Notes under the pieces: generated by a model
Told to the model about the DNA's origin: nothing
The model's database searches: none
The model's input: the letters and a program-made list of their open reading frames with translations, nothing else
Shown: positions 35,571 to 45,577 of the stretch, piece by piece
Layout: the number at the start of each line of letters is the position of its first letter
Numbering within the stretch: position 1 is the stretch's first letter
Assembly (NCBI GenBank): GCA_964553675.1
Contig: CAZKLG010000004.1
Location: 1 to 54,886 of the forward strand
Direction of reading: 5' to 3'
From: an uncultured Mageeibacillus sp.
GTDB taxonomy: Bacteria; Bacillota; Clostridia; Saccharofermentanales; DTU023
DNA: 54,886 bases
Program-made: the position numbers and the translations under genes

Positions 35571-35646
35571 TGGTGGACGATAAGAGATTCGAACTCTCGA
35601 CCTCTGCGATGCGAACGCAGCGCTCTCCCAACTGAGCTAATCGCCC
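35571..35646 (-). tRNA. tRNA-Ala (anticodon CGC), CCA encoded
   Basis: Acceptor GGGCGAT/ATCGTCC with the G3:U70 alanine identity pair, anticodon stem CTGCG/CGCAG with loop TTCGCAT, T loop TTCGAAT, then A-CCA. Confidence 0.93.
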
Positions 35647-35679
35647 GGGTCACGTCCGCCAATCGCCGGACGCCAAGTC

Positions 35680-35707
35680 ATTTTATCATATGGGGCCCAT
35701 TTGTCCA
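35680..35707 (-). promoter_or_regulatory. Promoter for tRNA-Ala (TGGACA-16-TGaTAAAAT, extended -10)
   Basis: Minus strand: TGGACA (35707-35702) and TAAAAT (35685-35680) preceded by TGa. A leader of about 30 nt with a small hairpin precedes the tRNA. Confidence 0.5.
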
Positions 35708-35724
35708 GCCAGGCCGGGACAAAA

Positions 35725-36537
35725 TCAACCATAGAGAAGGCTGACAAGCCAATTGGTCAAACGGACGGGAAGACACTTGAAGGCCAGGAGGATAAGCCGA
35801 TAGGAAAAGCCCAGGCCATAGAGGGGCTTGGGTGCCCTTTTGGAGGCGACCCGGATCATCCGCCTGGCTGTCAGGGCCGGACTGGTCCCCTGGCGTTCAT
35901 CCTTCTCCATACGGGCCACTGATTGCGGACAACGCTGGCCATAGGCCGTCAGGGGGCAGACATCCTTCTGACGGTTATCGGTAAAGGGGGTGGAAACATC
36001 CCCCGGCATGACGGCAATGGCCCGGACACCAAAGGGTTTCAACTCCGTGTTCAAGGCCAGGGCCAGCATGTTCAAGGAGGCCTTGCTGGCCGAGTAAAGG
36101 CTTTGGAAGGGCAAGGAGACGACCGCAGCCACTGAACTGGTCATCATGATCCGGCCCCCGGCTTTTTCCAGGAGGGGCATGGCCCGGCTGATGACCTCCA
36201 GGCCTGAAAAGACATTGACATCAAACTGGCGGATGACCTCTGCCTTGGGGGTATCAACCAGGGCGCCGGCGATCCCGAAGCCAGCATTGGAAAAAAGAAG
36301 ATCCAGCCTGTCCGTCTCTTGAAAGATGGCTTGGAAGGCCCGGTCCAGGGCCTCCTGATCCGTGAGATCGCAGGCGATTTGCCGAAGATCCCCCCCTGCT
36401 GAATAGGCCTCCCTTTCCAAAAGGGACCGGGACAGGCTGAAGACCTGGCAATCTTTTTCCAGGAGCTGATCCACCAGGGCCTTGCCGATCCCCGAACTCC
36501 CCCCCGTCACCAGGACTTTTTTAAAGGTAAACACCAT
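35725..36537 (-). CDS. Short-chain dehydrogenase/reductase (SDR)
   Basis: VLVTGGSSGIGKAL (TGxxxGxG), SNAG, YSASK (YxxxK). Confidence 0.9.
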   Translation of the reverse strand: MVFTFKKVLVTGGSSGIGKALVDQLLEKDCQVFSLSRSLLEREAYSAGGDLRQIACDLTDQEALDRAFQAIFQETDRLDLLFSNAGFGIAGALVDTPKAEVIRQFDVNVFSGLEVISRAMPLLEKAGGRIMMTSSVAAVVSLPFQSLYSASKASLNMLALALNTELKPFGVRAIAVMPGDVSTPFTDNRQKDVCPLTAYGQRCPQSVARMEKDERQGTSPALTARRMIRVASKRAPKPLYGLGFSYRLILLAFKCLPVRLTNWLVSLLYG

Positions 36538-36554
36538 CCACCTCCCCTATCTTC

Positions 36555-37115
36555 TCAAGCAAAATCAAATGAAGCGACCGGCTGGTAGACCAGCTGGCCT
36601 CCCTGTCGATCCGACCAGAAGAGGGCCATGGAAGCAGGCTTGTAGGGAGCCAGACCGGGAAAGAGTGACAGAAACTGAGGCTTTTCCAGGAAAGAACCCC
36701 AGGCCTGACGGGCCAAGGTCAGGTGGGGCCGGTAAGGCCGCTTATCAAGATCAAGGCCCAGGTCGATCAAGGCCTCTCTTTCCCGCCTCTGATAGTCGAG
36801 CAAGGCCTGGTCGGCTGCAAGTTGCCAAACGATGAGGTCGCCCCCCGACCGCCGTCTGAAGCGGTCTCCACCCTCCGCAATCAGATTGGGGGGCTGGCTT
36901 CGGTCCAGCTGGGACAGGCTTTCTATGATCTCAGGCAGGCGCTTGCTTTCACCGATAAAATTCAGGGTCAGATGCAACCTTTGGGCCGGGACAAAACGGG
37001 CCTCAAGGCCAGCCTTCCTCAAAGCCTCCTGGACTTGAAGGTTGGCCTCCAGCCAGGGGGCAGGGAGCGGGATGGCCGTGAACAGTCTTTTGGTCTCCTC
37101 TTTCATAGCCCTCAT
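36555..37115 (-). CDS. thpR: RNA 2',3'-cyclic phosphodiesterase (2H family, ThpR/LigT)
   Basis: Two HxTx motifs, HLTLNF and HLTLAR. The start is either ATG 37115 or ATG 37106. Confidence 0.88.
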   Translation of the reverse strand: MRAMKEETKRLFTAIPLPAPWLEANLQVQEALRKAGLEARFVPAQRLHLTLNFIGESKRLPEIIESLSQLDRSQPPNLIAEGGDRFRRRSGGDLIVWQLAADQALLDYQRREREALIDLGLDLDKRPYRPHLTLARQAWGSFLEKPQFLSLFPGLAPYKPASMALFWSDRQGGQLVYQPVASFDFA

Positions 37116-37136
37116 TGTCTCACAGAAAAAGGAGGA

Positions 37137-37167
37137 TGAAAAAGGTCCCCCACCCGGGAGGACCTTT
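37137..37167 (-). terminator. Intrinsic terminator after hppA
   Basis: Minus strand: AAAGGTCC-tcccgggtgg-GGACCTTT followed by TTC. Confidence 0.65.
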
Positions 37168-37190
37168 CCATCTCCAGATCTTTAAATCTT

Positions 37191-39374
37191 TTAGCTGAGC
37201 AAGGACTGAATCCAGCTCAAGAGATTGAAGCGGGAGAAGACCACACCCATGACCAGGGAGACCACTGACATGATCTTGATCAGGATATCCAGCGAGGGGC
37301 CGACCGTATCTTTCAGGGGGTCACCCACGGTATCACCCACGATGGCGTGCTTGTGCTCTTCGGAGTCACGGCCGATGCCTTCGACACCACCCACCTCAAT
37401 GAACTTCTTGGCATTGTCCCAGGCACCACCGGCATTACCGGTGAAGAGGGCCAGCATGATGGCCGACAGGGTCGAACCGATCAAAAGGCCAGCCACAAAG
37501 AGGGGGCCGAAGACGAAGCCGGAAATAACCGGGAAGAGGACGGCAAAGAGGGCCGAGACCCGCATCTCTTTCAAGGCACCCTTGGAGGAGATGGCAATAC
37601 AGGTCTCATAGTCAGGCAGTACTTCACCTTCCAGGAGTCCCTTGATCTCACGGAACTGACGTCTGACTTCCACCACCATGAGGCGGGCCGCCTTGGTGAC
37701 TGAGTCGATCAGCATACCTGAGAACATGAAGGGCAGGGCGCCACCGACGATGAGCCCGACCAGGGTCAGGGGCTGGATGACGTCCAGGACGATCCGCTCG
37801 CTGGGCGGGGTAAAGGTGAAAAGATAAGAGGTCATGACGGAGAGGGCGGCCAGGGCAGCAGAGCCGATGGCAAAACCCTTACCGATGGCAGCTGTGGTGT
37901 TACCGACAGCATCCAGGGTATCCGTGATCTGACGGACTTCCTCATCCAGGAAGCTCATTTCGGCAATACCACCGGCGTTATCGGCGATGGGGCCGTAGGT
38001 GTCAACGGAAACGGTGGCCGTCACAAAGGAGAGCATGCCCGTAGCGGCCATGGCCACACCGTACATACCAGCCAGCTGATAGGCACCCAGGATAGCCAGA
38101 CCCAGGGTCACGCAGGGATACATGGTGGACTTCATGCCCACGGCCAAACCTTCTGTGACCGTCAGGGCAACCCCTTCCTTGGTCGACTCGGCAATGACCC
38201 GGGTCGGCTTATAGGAATAGGAGGTGTAATATTCGGCAAACATTCCGATGACAATACCGCTGATGACGCCCATGCTGGAGGCCAGAAGAGGTGAAAGCCA
38301 ACCGGCCGTAAACTGGGCACCCTTGAGTTCTGCCGGGCTGATTTTGCCAAACATGAACCAGGCCAGGACGGCACCGAAGACCAGGGTCAGACCGGCTGAA
38401 ATCCAGGTTGATTTATTGAGTTCATGATGAGGGTTGTCGGACAATTTCTTTTTCCCCAGCAGGGAGAAAATGCCCAGGACGCAGGCAATCAAACCACCGG
38501 CTGCAAAAACCAGCGGATAATTGATCATGGCCACGACCAGGCCCTTGGTCACATCGATATGGTGGCTGCGGAAGACTTCGCAGGCCAGGATAATGGCTGA
38601 CAGGATGGCGCCTGCATAGGACTCCAGAAGGTCTGAGCCCAAACCGGCTACGTCACCGACGTTGTCGCCGACATTGTCTGCGATGGTGGCGGGGTTCCTG
38701 GGGTCATCCTCAGGGATGTTATATTCGGTCTTGCCAACCAGGTCTGCGCCCATATCAGCTGCCTTGGTGTAGATGCCGCCGCCCACACGATTGAACATGG
38801 CGATAATGGAGCATCCCAAAGCGTAACCTGACAGGGTGATGGTGAAAGTAGTCGGCAGACCCCACCAGTTGATGTGTTCAACGCCGTCAATAATATCCTG
38901 CATCTGACCCAGGCCTTGGCCAAAGACCAGATAGACGATAATAATGCCCAAAAGAGCAAAACCGCCAACACAGAGGCCCATGACGGTACCGCCCCGGTAG
39001 GCGACCTTGAGGGTATCGCCCAAGCTGCGGGTTTCCCGGGCCACGTTGGTCACGCGGACGTTGGAATAGGTGGCTATTTTCATACCGATAAAGCCAGCCA
39101 GGGCACTCATGACGGCCCCGATGACAAAGGCAATGGCCATCTGCCAGGTGATCATGATGCCCAGCACCACGGCGATAATGGCCGCGATAATGGCCACGAT
39201 CTTATATTCGTAATTAATAAAAGTCGCTGCACCCAGTCGAATGGCTGCGGCGATTTCCTGCATCCGCTCGGTCCCTTCCTCCATGCGCTTGACGGCAAAA
39301 TAGTTGACTGCCGCATAGCCCAGGGCCAGGACGGTCCCGAAGACCATGATGATCGTTAAGATGACTACACTCAT
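37191..39374 (-). CDS. hppA: Membrane-integral pyrophosphatase (H+/Na+ pumping), K+-dependent subtype
   Basis: 727 aa, about 16 TM segments. DNVGDNVGD, GDTVGDP, and GNTTAAIGKGFAIGS. The Ala (not Lys) after GNTT is the established marker of K+-dependent enzymes, the group that also contains the Na+ pumps. Confidence 0.95.
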   Translation of the reverse strand: MSVVILTIIMVFGTVLALGYAAVNYFAVKRMEEGTERMQEIAAAIRLGAATFINYEYKIVAIIAAIIAVVLGIMITWQMAIAFVIGAVMSALAGFIGMKIATYSNVRVTNVARETRSLGDTLKVAYRGGTVMGLCVGGFALLGIIIVYLVFGQGLGQMQDIIDGVEHINWWGLPTTFTITLSGYALGCSIIAMFNRVGGGIYTKAADMGADLVGKTEYNIPEDDPRNPATIADNVGDNVGDVAGLGSDLLESYAGAILSAIILACEVFRSHHIDVTKGLVVAMINYPLVFAAGGLIACVLGIFSLLGKKKLSDNPHHELNKSTWISAGLTLVFGAVLAWFMFGKISPAELKGAQFTAGWLSPLLASSMGVISGIVIGMFAEYYTSYSYKPTRVIAESTKEGVALTVTEGLAVGMKSTMYPCVTLGLAILGAYQLAGMYGVAMAATGMLSFVTATVSVDTYGPIADNAGGIAEMSFLDEEVRQITDTLDAVGNTTAAIGKGFAIGSAALAALSVMTSYLFTFTPPSERIVLDVIQPLTLVGLIVGGALPFMFSGMLIDSVTKAARLMVVEVRRQFREIKGLLEGEVLPDYETCIAISSKGALKEMRVSALFAVLFPVISGFVFGPLFVAGLLIGSTLSAIMLALFTGNAGGAWDNAKKFIEVGGVEGIGRDSEEHKHAIVGDTVGDPLKDTVGPSLDILIKIMSVVSLVMGVVFSRFNLLSWIQSLLS

Positions 39375-39450
39375 CTCTACACTCCTTATTGAATTAGTCG
39401 GGCAAAGAAATATGACTTAGGGCACACCCCTCCCCGCTTATACCTCATAG

Positions 39451-39478
39451 ATATTAGCATGTTAACAGACAAATGCAA
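39451..39478 (-). promoter_or_regulatory. Promoter for hppA (TTGCAT-16-TGcTAATAT, extended -10)
   Basis: Minus strand: TTGCAT (39478-39473), a 16-nt spacer ending in TGC, then TAATAT (39456-39451), about 75 nt upstream of the start codon. Confidence 0.6.
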
Positions 39479-39573
39479 GGGGCTGACCGTCCAAAGGGCG
39501 AAGCCCGGGCCTTTTTCAAAGCACCGGGCTTCCTTTCAGCTGTCTTGACAGCAATGTCTGACTCGATCGACTT

Positions 39574-41367
39574 CTATTTGCCGAACTGAGCGTCGTTGTT
39601 GCCACTGGTCGAGGTCCACATCTCAAGCATGTTGACGGGGTCGTTGAAGTCGGCGATCCAGCCGTGGCGGGCCACGTCATAGTTACCGGCTTTTCTCTCA
39701 GCCAAGGTGGTATCCCAATCCATCTGGTTGGCAGTCATCTCGATACCCAGCTGGGCCAGGTCGTCCATGATGATCTGGGCGATGGCGGCGTGAGCTTCGT
39801 GGGTATTGAAGAGATAGTCAATGTGGATGGGTTTGTCCGGCAGGAGCTTGCCGTCTGCATCGAACTCGTAGCCGGCTTCGCTCAAGAGGATTCTTGCCAT
39901 ACCCAGATCCTGCTCATAGGGGAAGTAGCCCGCTGTGGCAGCATCCGGATAGGTGTAGCTGTCAGTATTGCGCTTGAACTCATGACCCGTGCCATCCAGC
40001 ATCAGGGGCGGCAGGAAGGAGTTGGCCAGGGTCTGGCCGGTCTGGCCGACCGCGTCCACGATGTACTGACGGTCAATGGCGTAGGAGATGGCCTGACGCA
40101 CTTTTGCCGCCTGCTCAACGGTCATGCCAGCGAACATGTCTGACTTGACGTTGAAGATGACAAAGTAGGTGCCCAGGTTGTCCACCACGTAGAATTCGGG
40201 GTTGTTCTCTTCCAGCAGGGTCTTGATTTCATCGGGCGGAACATTATCGATGAAGTCCAGGCTGCCATCCTTGTAAGCTGCGAAGATGGTCGGATCATCG
40301 TCAGACAGCATGAAGTGGAGCTTCTGGAGCTTGACATTGTCGGCGCGATGGAAATGCGGGTTCTTTTCGAAGGTGATGCTCTCGTTGTGAACCCAGCCGG
40401 TGTTGACGAAGGGTCCGTTGGAGACGTAGCCACCATCCTGGGTCCAGGCGGCGGGGTCTTTGATCTTGCCATCGGCATCTCTGTAGCCAGGGGCGTTTTC
40501 AACTGAATCCTTGTGGACCGGGAAGTAGGTGGGGAAGGCACACAGGTCGAGGAAGTAAGCTGTGACAGCTTTCAGCTCGATGGTCAGTGTCTTACCGTCT
40601 TCAGAAGCGGTAACAGCCATGGCCTCTACATCTTCCGTGTCATCTTCGGGGTAGCCCTTGATGCAGTCCAGCATGTAGCGGTAGTCAGCGCCCAGATCCG
40701 GATCGGCTGCACGCTTGAGGGAGTACTCAAAGTCGTGGGCGTCAAAGGCATCGCCATTGGACCACTTGAGGCCTTCACGCATGGTGAAGACATAGGTCAT
40801 GCCGTCATCCGAGATGTCGATCTTCTCGGCCGTGTCGGGGATCAGGTTCATGTTCTCGTCATAGGTCACCAGACCTGAGAAAGAGTTGACCGCCATGACC
40901 GCTCCGTCAACTGCAGAGTTGAGGGCCGGATCAATGTACTGGGGCTCAGACGCGATACAAAGGTTGAGGGTATCGCGGTCACCGTAAGTCGCCTTTTCAA
41001 AATATTTGTAGGCGTAGGGGGTGACATAGTAGCCCTTCAAGTCCGGTTTGGCCATGAAGTTGTCGTTGTAGTGGTAGATGGGCACGATGGCGCCGGTGGC
41101 CATGAGCATATCCTCAGCTTGGTGCATGAGGAGCGCACGTGCTTCCAGATCGTTGGTGCTTTTGATTTCATCGATCAGTCTGTCATATTCAGACCAGTCA
41201 AAGAGTGCCACGCCTCCGGGCTCATCCGTTCCACCTGGTTCCGTTGTACCAGGATCATCACTGCCTGCCGGTGTCGAATCTGTCGGATCGGGTACTGCAG
41301 GCGGGCCACAAGCGGCCACGGTGAAGATCATGACTAAGATCAAAAGAACAGCCAATAATTTCTTCAT
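39574..41367 (-). CDS. oppA: Peptide ABC transporter substrate-binding lipoprotein (family 5, Opp/Dpp/App type)
   Basis: Signal peptide with lipobox MKKLLAVLLILVMIFTVAAC. Family-5 SBP size and blocks. Last gene of the opp-type operon. Confidence 0.88.
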   Translation of the reverse strand: MKKLLAVLLILVMIFTVAACGPPAVPDPTDSTPAGSDDPGTTEPGGTDEPGGVALFDWSEYDRLIDEIKSTNDLEARALLMHQAEDMLMATGAIVPIYHYNDNFMAKPDLKGYYVTPYAYKYFEKATYGDRDTLNLCIASEPQYIDPALNSAVDGAVMAVNSFSGLVTYDENMNLIPDTAEKIDISDDGMTYVFTMREGLKWSNGDAFDAHDFEYSLKRAADPDLGADYRYMLDCIKGYPEDDTEDVEAMAVTASEDGKTLTIELKAVTAYFLDLCAFPTYFPVHKDSVENAPGYRDADGKIKDPAAWTQDGGYVSNGPFVNTGWVHNESITFEKNPHFHRADNVKLQKLHFMLSDDDPTIFAAYKDGSLDFIDNVPPDEIKTLLEENNPEFYVVDNLGTYFVIFNVKSDMFAGMTVEQAAKVRQAISYAIDRQYIVDAVGQTGQTLANSFLPPLMLDGTGHEFKRNTDSYTYPDAATAGYFPYEQDLGMARILLSEAGYEFDADGKLLPDKPIHIDYLFNTHEAHAAIAQIIMDDLAQLGIEMTANQMDWDTTLAERKAGNYDVARHGWIADFNDPVNMLEMWTSTSGNNDAQFGK

Positions 41368-41384
41368 TCTTTCCTCCTTATATT

Positions 41385-41408
41385 CCTTCCCGTTTGATGC
41401 CGGGAAGG
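41385..41408 (-). promoter_or_regulatory. 8-bp-stem hairpin directly upstream of the oppA RBS
   Basis: CCTTCCCG-8 nt-CGGGAAGG. It ends about 10 nt from the AAGGAGGAAAG Shine-Dalgarno of oppA. Confidence 0.4.
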
Positions 41409-41441
41409 CACTTCCGGATAATGGATCGGTCCGGCTCCGAG

Positions 41442-41464
41442 GTCCTTTTAATGATTAAAAGGAC
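41442..41464. repeat. Perfect 23-bp palindrome (11-1-11) in the oppF-oppA spacer
   Basis: GTCCTTTTAAT-G-ATTAAAAGGAC. Confidence 0.9.
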
Positions 41465-41510
41465 GGTTGCCTATTAACTTCTGTTCCCACATATCATGTG
41501 TTCACATTGC

Positions 41511-42539
41511 CTAACGATTCCAGCAGGCGACAAAGTGTTCGTCACCTCTATCTTCAAAGGGAGGCGTCTCCAGGGCACACTGCTCTGTGGCATAGGGGCA
41601 ACGCGTTCTAAAGGCGCAGCCGCTTGGCACATGCAGGGGGCTGGGGACATCCCCTTCAAGCACAATCCGTTCACTGGCTCTGGCCGTTCGTGGATCAGGG
41701 ATGGGAACGGCTGAAAAGAGCGACTGGGTATAGGGATGTATGGGGTTGTTATTGATCTCATTGGTCTTGGCCATCTCAACGATCTTGCCCAGGTACATGA
41801 CGGCAATCCGGTCACTCATATAGGTGACAACCAGGATGTCGTGGGCGATAAAGAGATAGCTAAGGTCCAATTGTTCCTGAAGATCCTTGAACATGTTGAG
41901 AATCTGGGCCTGAATAGAGACGTCTAGGGCCGAGACAGATTCATCACAGACGATAAACTTAGGGTTGATGGCCAGGGCCCGGGCGATGCCGATCCGCTGC
42001 CTTTGCCCACCCGAAAATTCGTGGGCATAGCGGGTGGCATGCTCCTTGTTGAGGCCGACCAGGCGCATGAGCTCATAGACCCGCTCCCGCTGTTCTGCCT
42101 TGGTCTTGTAGATCTTATGTATGGCCAGGGATTCCCCGATGATATCCTCCACCGTCATCCGGGGGTTGAGGGAGGAGTAGGGATCCTGGAAGACCATTTG
42201 CATATTGCGGCGAAGGGCCCGGACATTCTTCTCCCCTACATGGTCTCCGTCAAAATAGACATCACCGGCCGTAGGCGGGTAAAGCCAGAGCAAGGTCCGT
42301 CCTACTGTGGTTTTACCACAGCCGGACTCACCGACCAGGCCCAGGGTTTCCTTGTATTTGATATTGAAGGAGACATCATCAACCGCCTTAAGGGGCAGGG
42401 ACTTGAAGAAGCCTGTCTTGATATCGAAGTGCTTGCTGAGATTGCGGACTTCCAGAATATGGGCGGGATCCGGCTGTAAGCCTGCCAGGTCCTTGCCTTG
42501 GACCTCAGCCACTTCCAAATGATTCACTTGATTGGTCAT
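41511..42539 (-). CDS. oppF: Peptide ABC transporter ATP-binding protein
   Basis: GESGCGKTT (Walker A), [27 protein letters not shown], and a C-terminal Cys-containing oligopeptide-transporter extension ([14 protein letters not shown]). Confidence 0.9.
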   Translation of the reverse strand: MTNQVNHLEVAEVQGKDLAGLQPDPAHILEVRNLSKHFDIKTGFFKSLPLKAVDDVSFNIKYKETLGLVGESGCGKTTVGRTLLWLYPPTAGDVYFDGDHVGEKNVRALRRNMQMVFQDPYSSLNPRMTVEDIIGESLAIHKIYKTKAEQRERVYELMRLVGLNKEHATRYAHEFSGGQRQRIGIARALAINPKFIVCDESVSALDVSIQAQILNMFKDLQEQLDLSYLFIAHDILVVTYMSDRIAVMYLGKIVEMAKTNEINNNPIHPYTQSLFSAVPIPDPRTARASERIVLEGDVPSPLHVPSGCAFRTRCPYATEQCALETPPFEDRGDEHFVACWNR

Positions 42540-43573
42540 AGGACCTCACCTCCCAGGGTTTCCCCCTCTCCGCCGGCATCCAGCTTCCCTTCCTCTTCCA
42601 GGGCCTGCTTGACATTGACCCAGCAGGCGGCCGAGTGGGTTTCGCTGATAGGAATCTCCTCCGGATGCGCTTCCAGGCAGATTCTCATGGCGGCCCGGCA
42701 ACGGGGTGCAAAGGCACAGCCTGCCGGCAGATTAAGCAAATCGATGGGGTTACCGGCAATGGGTATCAGACGTTCGTCGGATTTTTGTGCCTTGGGAATG
42801 GAACGGAGCAGGTTCTTGGTGTATTCATGTTTGGGGTCATAGAAGATATCGTCTGTCGTCCCCCGCTCACAGATGGAGCCTGCGTACATGACGATGATCT
42901 CATCACACATGTCGGCAATAACGCCCAGATCGTGGGTAATCATGATGACGGCCATGCCCAGCTGGTCCTGGAGTTCCTTGATCAATTCCAGGATCTGGGC
43001 CTGGATGGTTACGTCCAGGGCTGTGGTGGGTTCGTCGGCAATGAGGATATCGGGTTCACAGGCCAGGGCCATGGCGATCATGACCCGCTGGCGCATACCA
43101 CCCGACAGCTCATGGGGGTACTGTTTGACCCGGCGGCCGGGATCGTTGATGCCGACCAGGCTGAGGAGTTCGACCGAGCGATCCCGGATCTCCTGACCCT
43201 TGCGGTCGGTGTGGAGGCGGATGGCCTCATCCAATTGGTTGCCGATGGTGTAGACCGGATTCAAGGAGGTCATGGGGTCCTGGAAGATGATACTGATACT
43301 CTCTCCCCGGTATTCCCGCATCTTCTTGTCCGACAGTTTCAAAAGGTCGGTATCCTTGAAGATGATCTCACCGCCGGTAACCCGGCCGGGGAAAGAGAGA
43401 ATCTGCATAATGGAATAAGCAGTCACGCTCTTGCCACTTCCCGATTCACCTACGATACCCAGGACCTTGCCTTTTTCCAGTTCAAAGGAAATACCATTGA
43501 CCGCCTTGACCTCACCGGCATCGGTGAAGAAGGAGGTACTCAGATTCTTGACTTGTAAAATTCTCTCTGCCAT
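42536..43573 (-). CDS. oppD: Peptide ABC transporter ATP-binding protein
   Basis: [36 protein letters not shown], and the C-terminal [14 protein letters not shown] extension. Confidence 0.9.
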   Translation of the reverse strand: MAERILQVKNLSTSFFTDAGEVKAVNGISFELEKGKVLGIVGESGSGKSVTAYSIMQILSFPGRVTGGEIIFKDTDLLKLSDKKMREYRGESISIIFQDPMTSLNPVYTIGNQLDEAIRLHTDRKGQEIRDRSVELLSLVGINDPGRRVKQYPHELSGGMRQRVMIAMALACEPDILIADEPTTALDVTIQAQILELIKELQDQLGMAVIMITHDLGVIADMCDEIIVMYAGSICERGTTDDIFYDPKHEYTKNLLRSIPKAQKSDERLIPIAGNPIDLLNLPAGCAFAPRCRAAMRICLEAHPEEIPISETHSAACWVNVKQALEEEGKLDAGGEGETLGGEVL

Positions 43574-43575
43574 GG

Positions 43576-44655
43576 CTATTTCCTCAACTTGGGATCAAAG
43601 GCGTCACGCAAGCCGTCTCCGATCAGGTTCAATGCCAGAACAATCAGAGAGATGATGACGGCCGGGAATACAAGTTTCAAGGGATAGGCCTGGATCCCCT
43701 GCCTGGCATCACTGGCCAGGGAGCCCAGACTGGGCATGGGAACCGCTACCCCCAGCCCCAGGAAGCTGAGAAAGCTCTCGGTAAAGATGGCCGAAGGAAT
43801 CTGCAGGGCTGTGGAAATGATGATGACGCTGATGCAGTTGGGCAGGATGTGTTTGCGGATCATCCGGCTGTTGGAAGCTCCCATGGCCGTCGCTGCCAGG
43901 ACATATTCATTTTCCTTGATGGAGAGGATCTGGCCCCGGATCAAGCGGGCCATGCTGACCCAGTAGAGAAGACCGAAGACAATGAACATGCTGATCATGC
44001 CCGTCCCCAGCTTGGCCAGGATGGTCCCCTGGATCTGTTTGCCGATGGTCTCTTTCAGGACAAAGGCCAGAAGAATAATCATCAGAGTATCGGGCAAGGA
44101 ATAGATGATATCGACAATCCGCATCATGACCAGGTCTACCTTGCCCCCTAAAAATCCTGATATGGACCCGTAAACCAGGCCGATGACCAGGACAATGAGA
44201 CTGGCAAAGAAGCCCACCAGGAGGGAGATTCTGGTACCTATGATGACCCGGATAAAGTAGTCCCGGCCCAACTGGTCTGTCCCCATGACATGGGGGAAGA
44301 GCTTGCCGCCCTTGTCAATATATTCCTGTTCCTTTTCCGACCACTCATAGGGGCGCAGATTGGTGACCGTCCGGTCTCTTTGGCCCTCTACCCGGATGGT
44401 TTCACTATAGGTATAGGGAATAAAGCTGGGTAAAATGATGATGGCAAGAATGATCAGAACCAGGACCAGGACTGAAACCATGGCCATCTTGTTCTTCTTG
44501 AAATTCTTGAAACCATCCTTCCAGAAGGTTGAAGGCGGACGCATGACCTCGAAACTCTGCTTGTCCTCCTCGGAGGCCAGGCTGAATTTGGACAGGTCCA
44601 CTTGCATGCTCAAGGGATTCTTGCTAAACAGTTTTTTCTCTTTCATATCTGACAT
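43576..44655 (-). CDS. oppC: Peptide ABC transporter permease
   Basis: BPD-transporter core with an N-terminal OppC-type extension. ATG 44655 has GGGGG 6 nt upstream; the ORF-track start at 44673 is a TTG overlapping oppB. Confidence 0.88.
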   Translation of the reverse strand: MSDMKEKKLFSKNPLSMQVDLSKFSLASEEDKQSFEVMRPPSTFWKDGFKNFKKNKMAMVSVLVLVLIILAIIILPSFIPYTYSETIRVEGQRDRTVTNLRPYEWSEKEQEYIDKGGKLFPHVMGTDQLGRDYFIRVIIGTRISLLVGFFASLIVLVIGLVYGSISGFLGGKVDLVMMRIVDIIYSLPDTLMIILLAFVLKETIGKQIQGTILAKLGTGMISMFIVFGLLYWVSMARLIRGQILSIKENEYVLAATAMGASNSRMIRKHILPNCISVIIISTALQIPSAIFTESFLSFLGLGVAVPMPSLGSLASDARQGIQAYPLKLVFPAVIISLIVLALNLIGDGLRDAFDPKLRK

Positions 44656-44665
44656 GACCGGCCCC

Positions 44666-45577
44666 CTACTCAAACTGGATCCTGGGATCGACCAATTTAT
44701 AGATCAGATCGCTCAGCAAGGTCATGATGACCATGAGTGAGGCCAGGAAAATCGTCGTTCCCATAATCATGGTGTAATCGCGGTTAAGTATGCTCTGAAC
44801 AAACTCCATCCCCAGACCCGGCATGATAAAGACGGTCTCAACCACCATGCTGCCGGTCAGGGTATAGGCCACCATGGGGCCCAGATAGGTGATGATGGGC
44901 AGGACGGCGTTTCGCAAGGCATGCTTGGCCACCACCATGACCGGATTGACTCCCTTGGACCGGGCGGTCCGGATGTAGTCATCAGCCAGTACATCCAGCA
45001 TGCTGGACTTGGTCAAACGGGTGATATAGGCCATGGGATAGAGGGAAAGGGAGAGGACCGCAAGGAAATAGTTGGGCTTTCCTGCGCTATAGACCTGAAA
45101 CCACCCCAATTCCTGGGCAAATATCAATAATAAGAGGGTGGCCATGACAAAGCCAGGCACCGATTGGAAGAGGGTGGTAAAGAAGATGATGATCCGATCC
45201 GTCAACTTGTTGCGACGCAGGGCCGCCAGGACCCCCAGGGTGATACCGATGACAAGGGAGACCAAAATGGAATAGCCTCCTATCTTGGCCGAGACCGCAA
45301 ATTTGGTCTTGATGGTCTTCATGATATCGCGCCCGTTGCGCATAGAAATGCCCAGGTCAAAATGCATCATCCGTTGCAGGTAGAGAAGGAACTGTTCACC
45401 CAGCGGCTTATCCAGATCATAGCGCTCGGTCAGCGCCTTGATCGTCGCTGGATCAGAGGCTTTCTCCTTATCAAAAGGTCCTCCCGGAATCGCATTCATG
45501 GCAAAAAATGTAATGGCAATAACGACAAATATTGTCACAATGGCCAGAAGCACCCGCTTCACCACATAGCGCCACAT
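44666..45577 (-). CDS. oppB: Peptide ABC transporter permease
   Basis: MWRYVVKRVLLAIVTIF... is a typical OppB/DppB N-terminus. GAGGAGGAAG lies upstream of ATG 45577; the ORF-track start at 45604 is a TTG. Confidence 0.9.
   Translation of the reverse strand: MWRYVVKRVLLAIVTIFVVIAITFFAMNAIPGGPFDKEKASDPATIKALTERYDLDKPLGEQFLLYLQRMMHFDLGISMRNGRDIMKTIKTKFAVSAKIGGYSILVSLVIGITLGVLAALRRNKLTDRIIIFFTTLFQSVPGFVMATLLLLIFAQELGWFQVYSAGKPNYFLAVLSLSLYPMAYITRLTKSSMLDVLADDYIRTARSKGVNPVMVVAKHALRNAVLPIITYLGPMVAYTLTGSMVVETVFIMPGLGMEFVQSILNRDYTMIMGTTIFLASLMVIMTLLSDLIYKLVDPRIQFE

Noticed and set aside
35521-35631. N-terminal extension of the HAD phosphatase ORF
   Set aside because: It reads through tRNA-Ala and its terminator. 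HAD motif I lies right after ATG 35520, which has its own RBS.
39495-39535. Terminator downstream of oppA
   Set aside because: AAGCCCGG...CCGGGCTT can pair, but the loop is 15 nt and no U-tract follows on the minus strand. This is too ambiguous to call.
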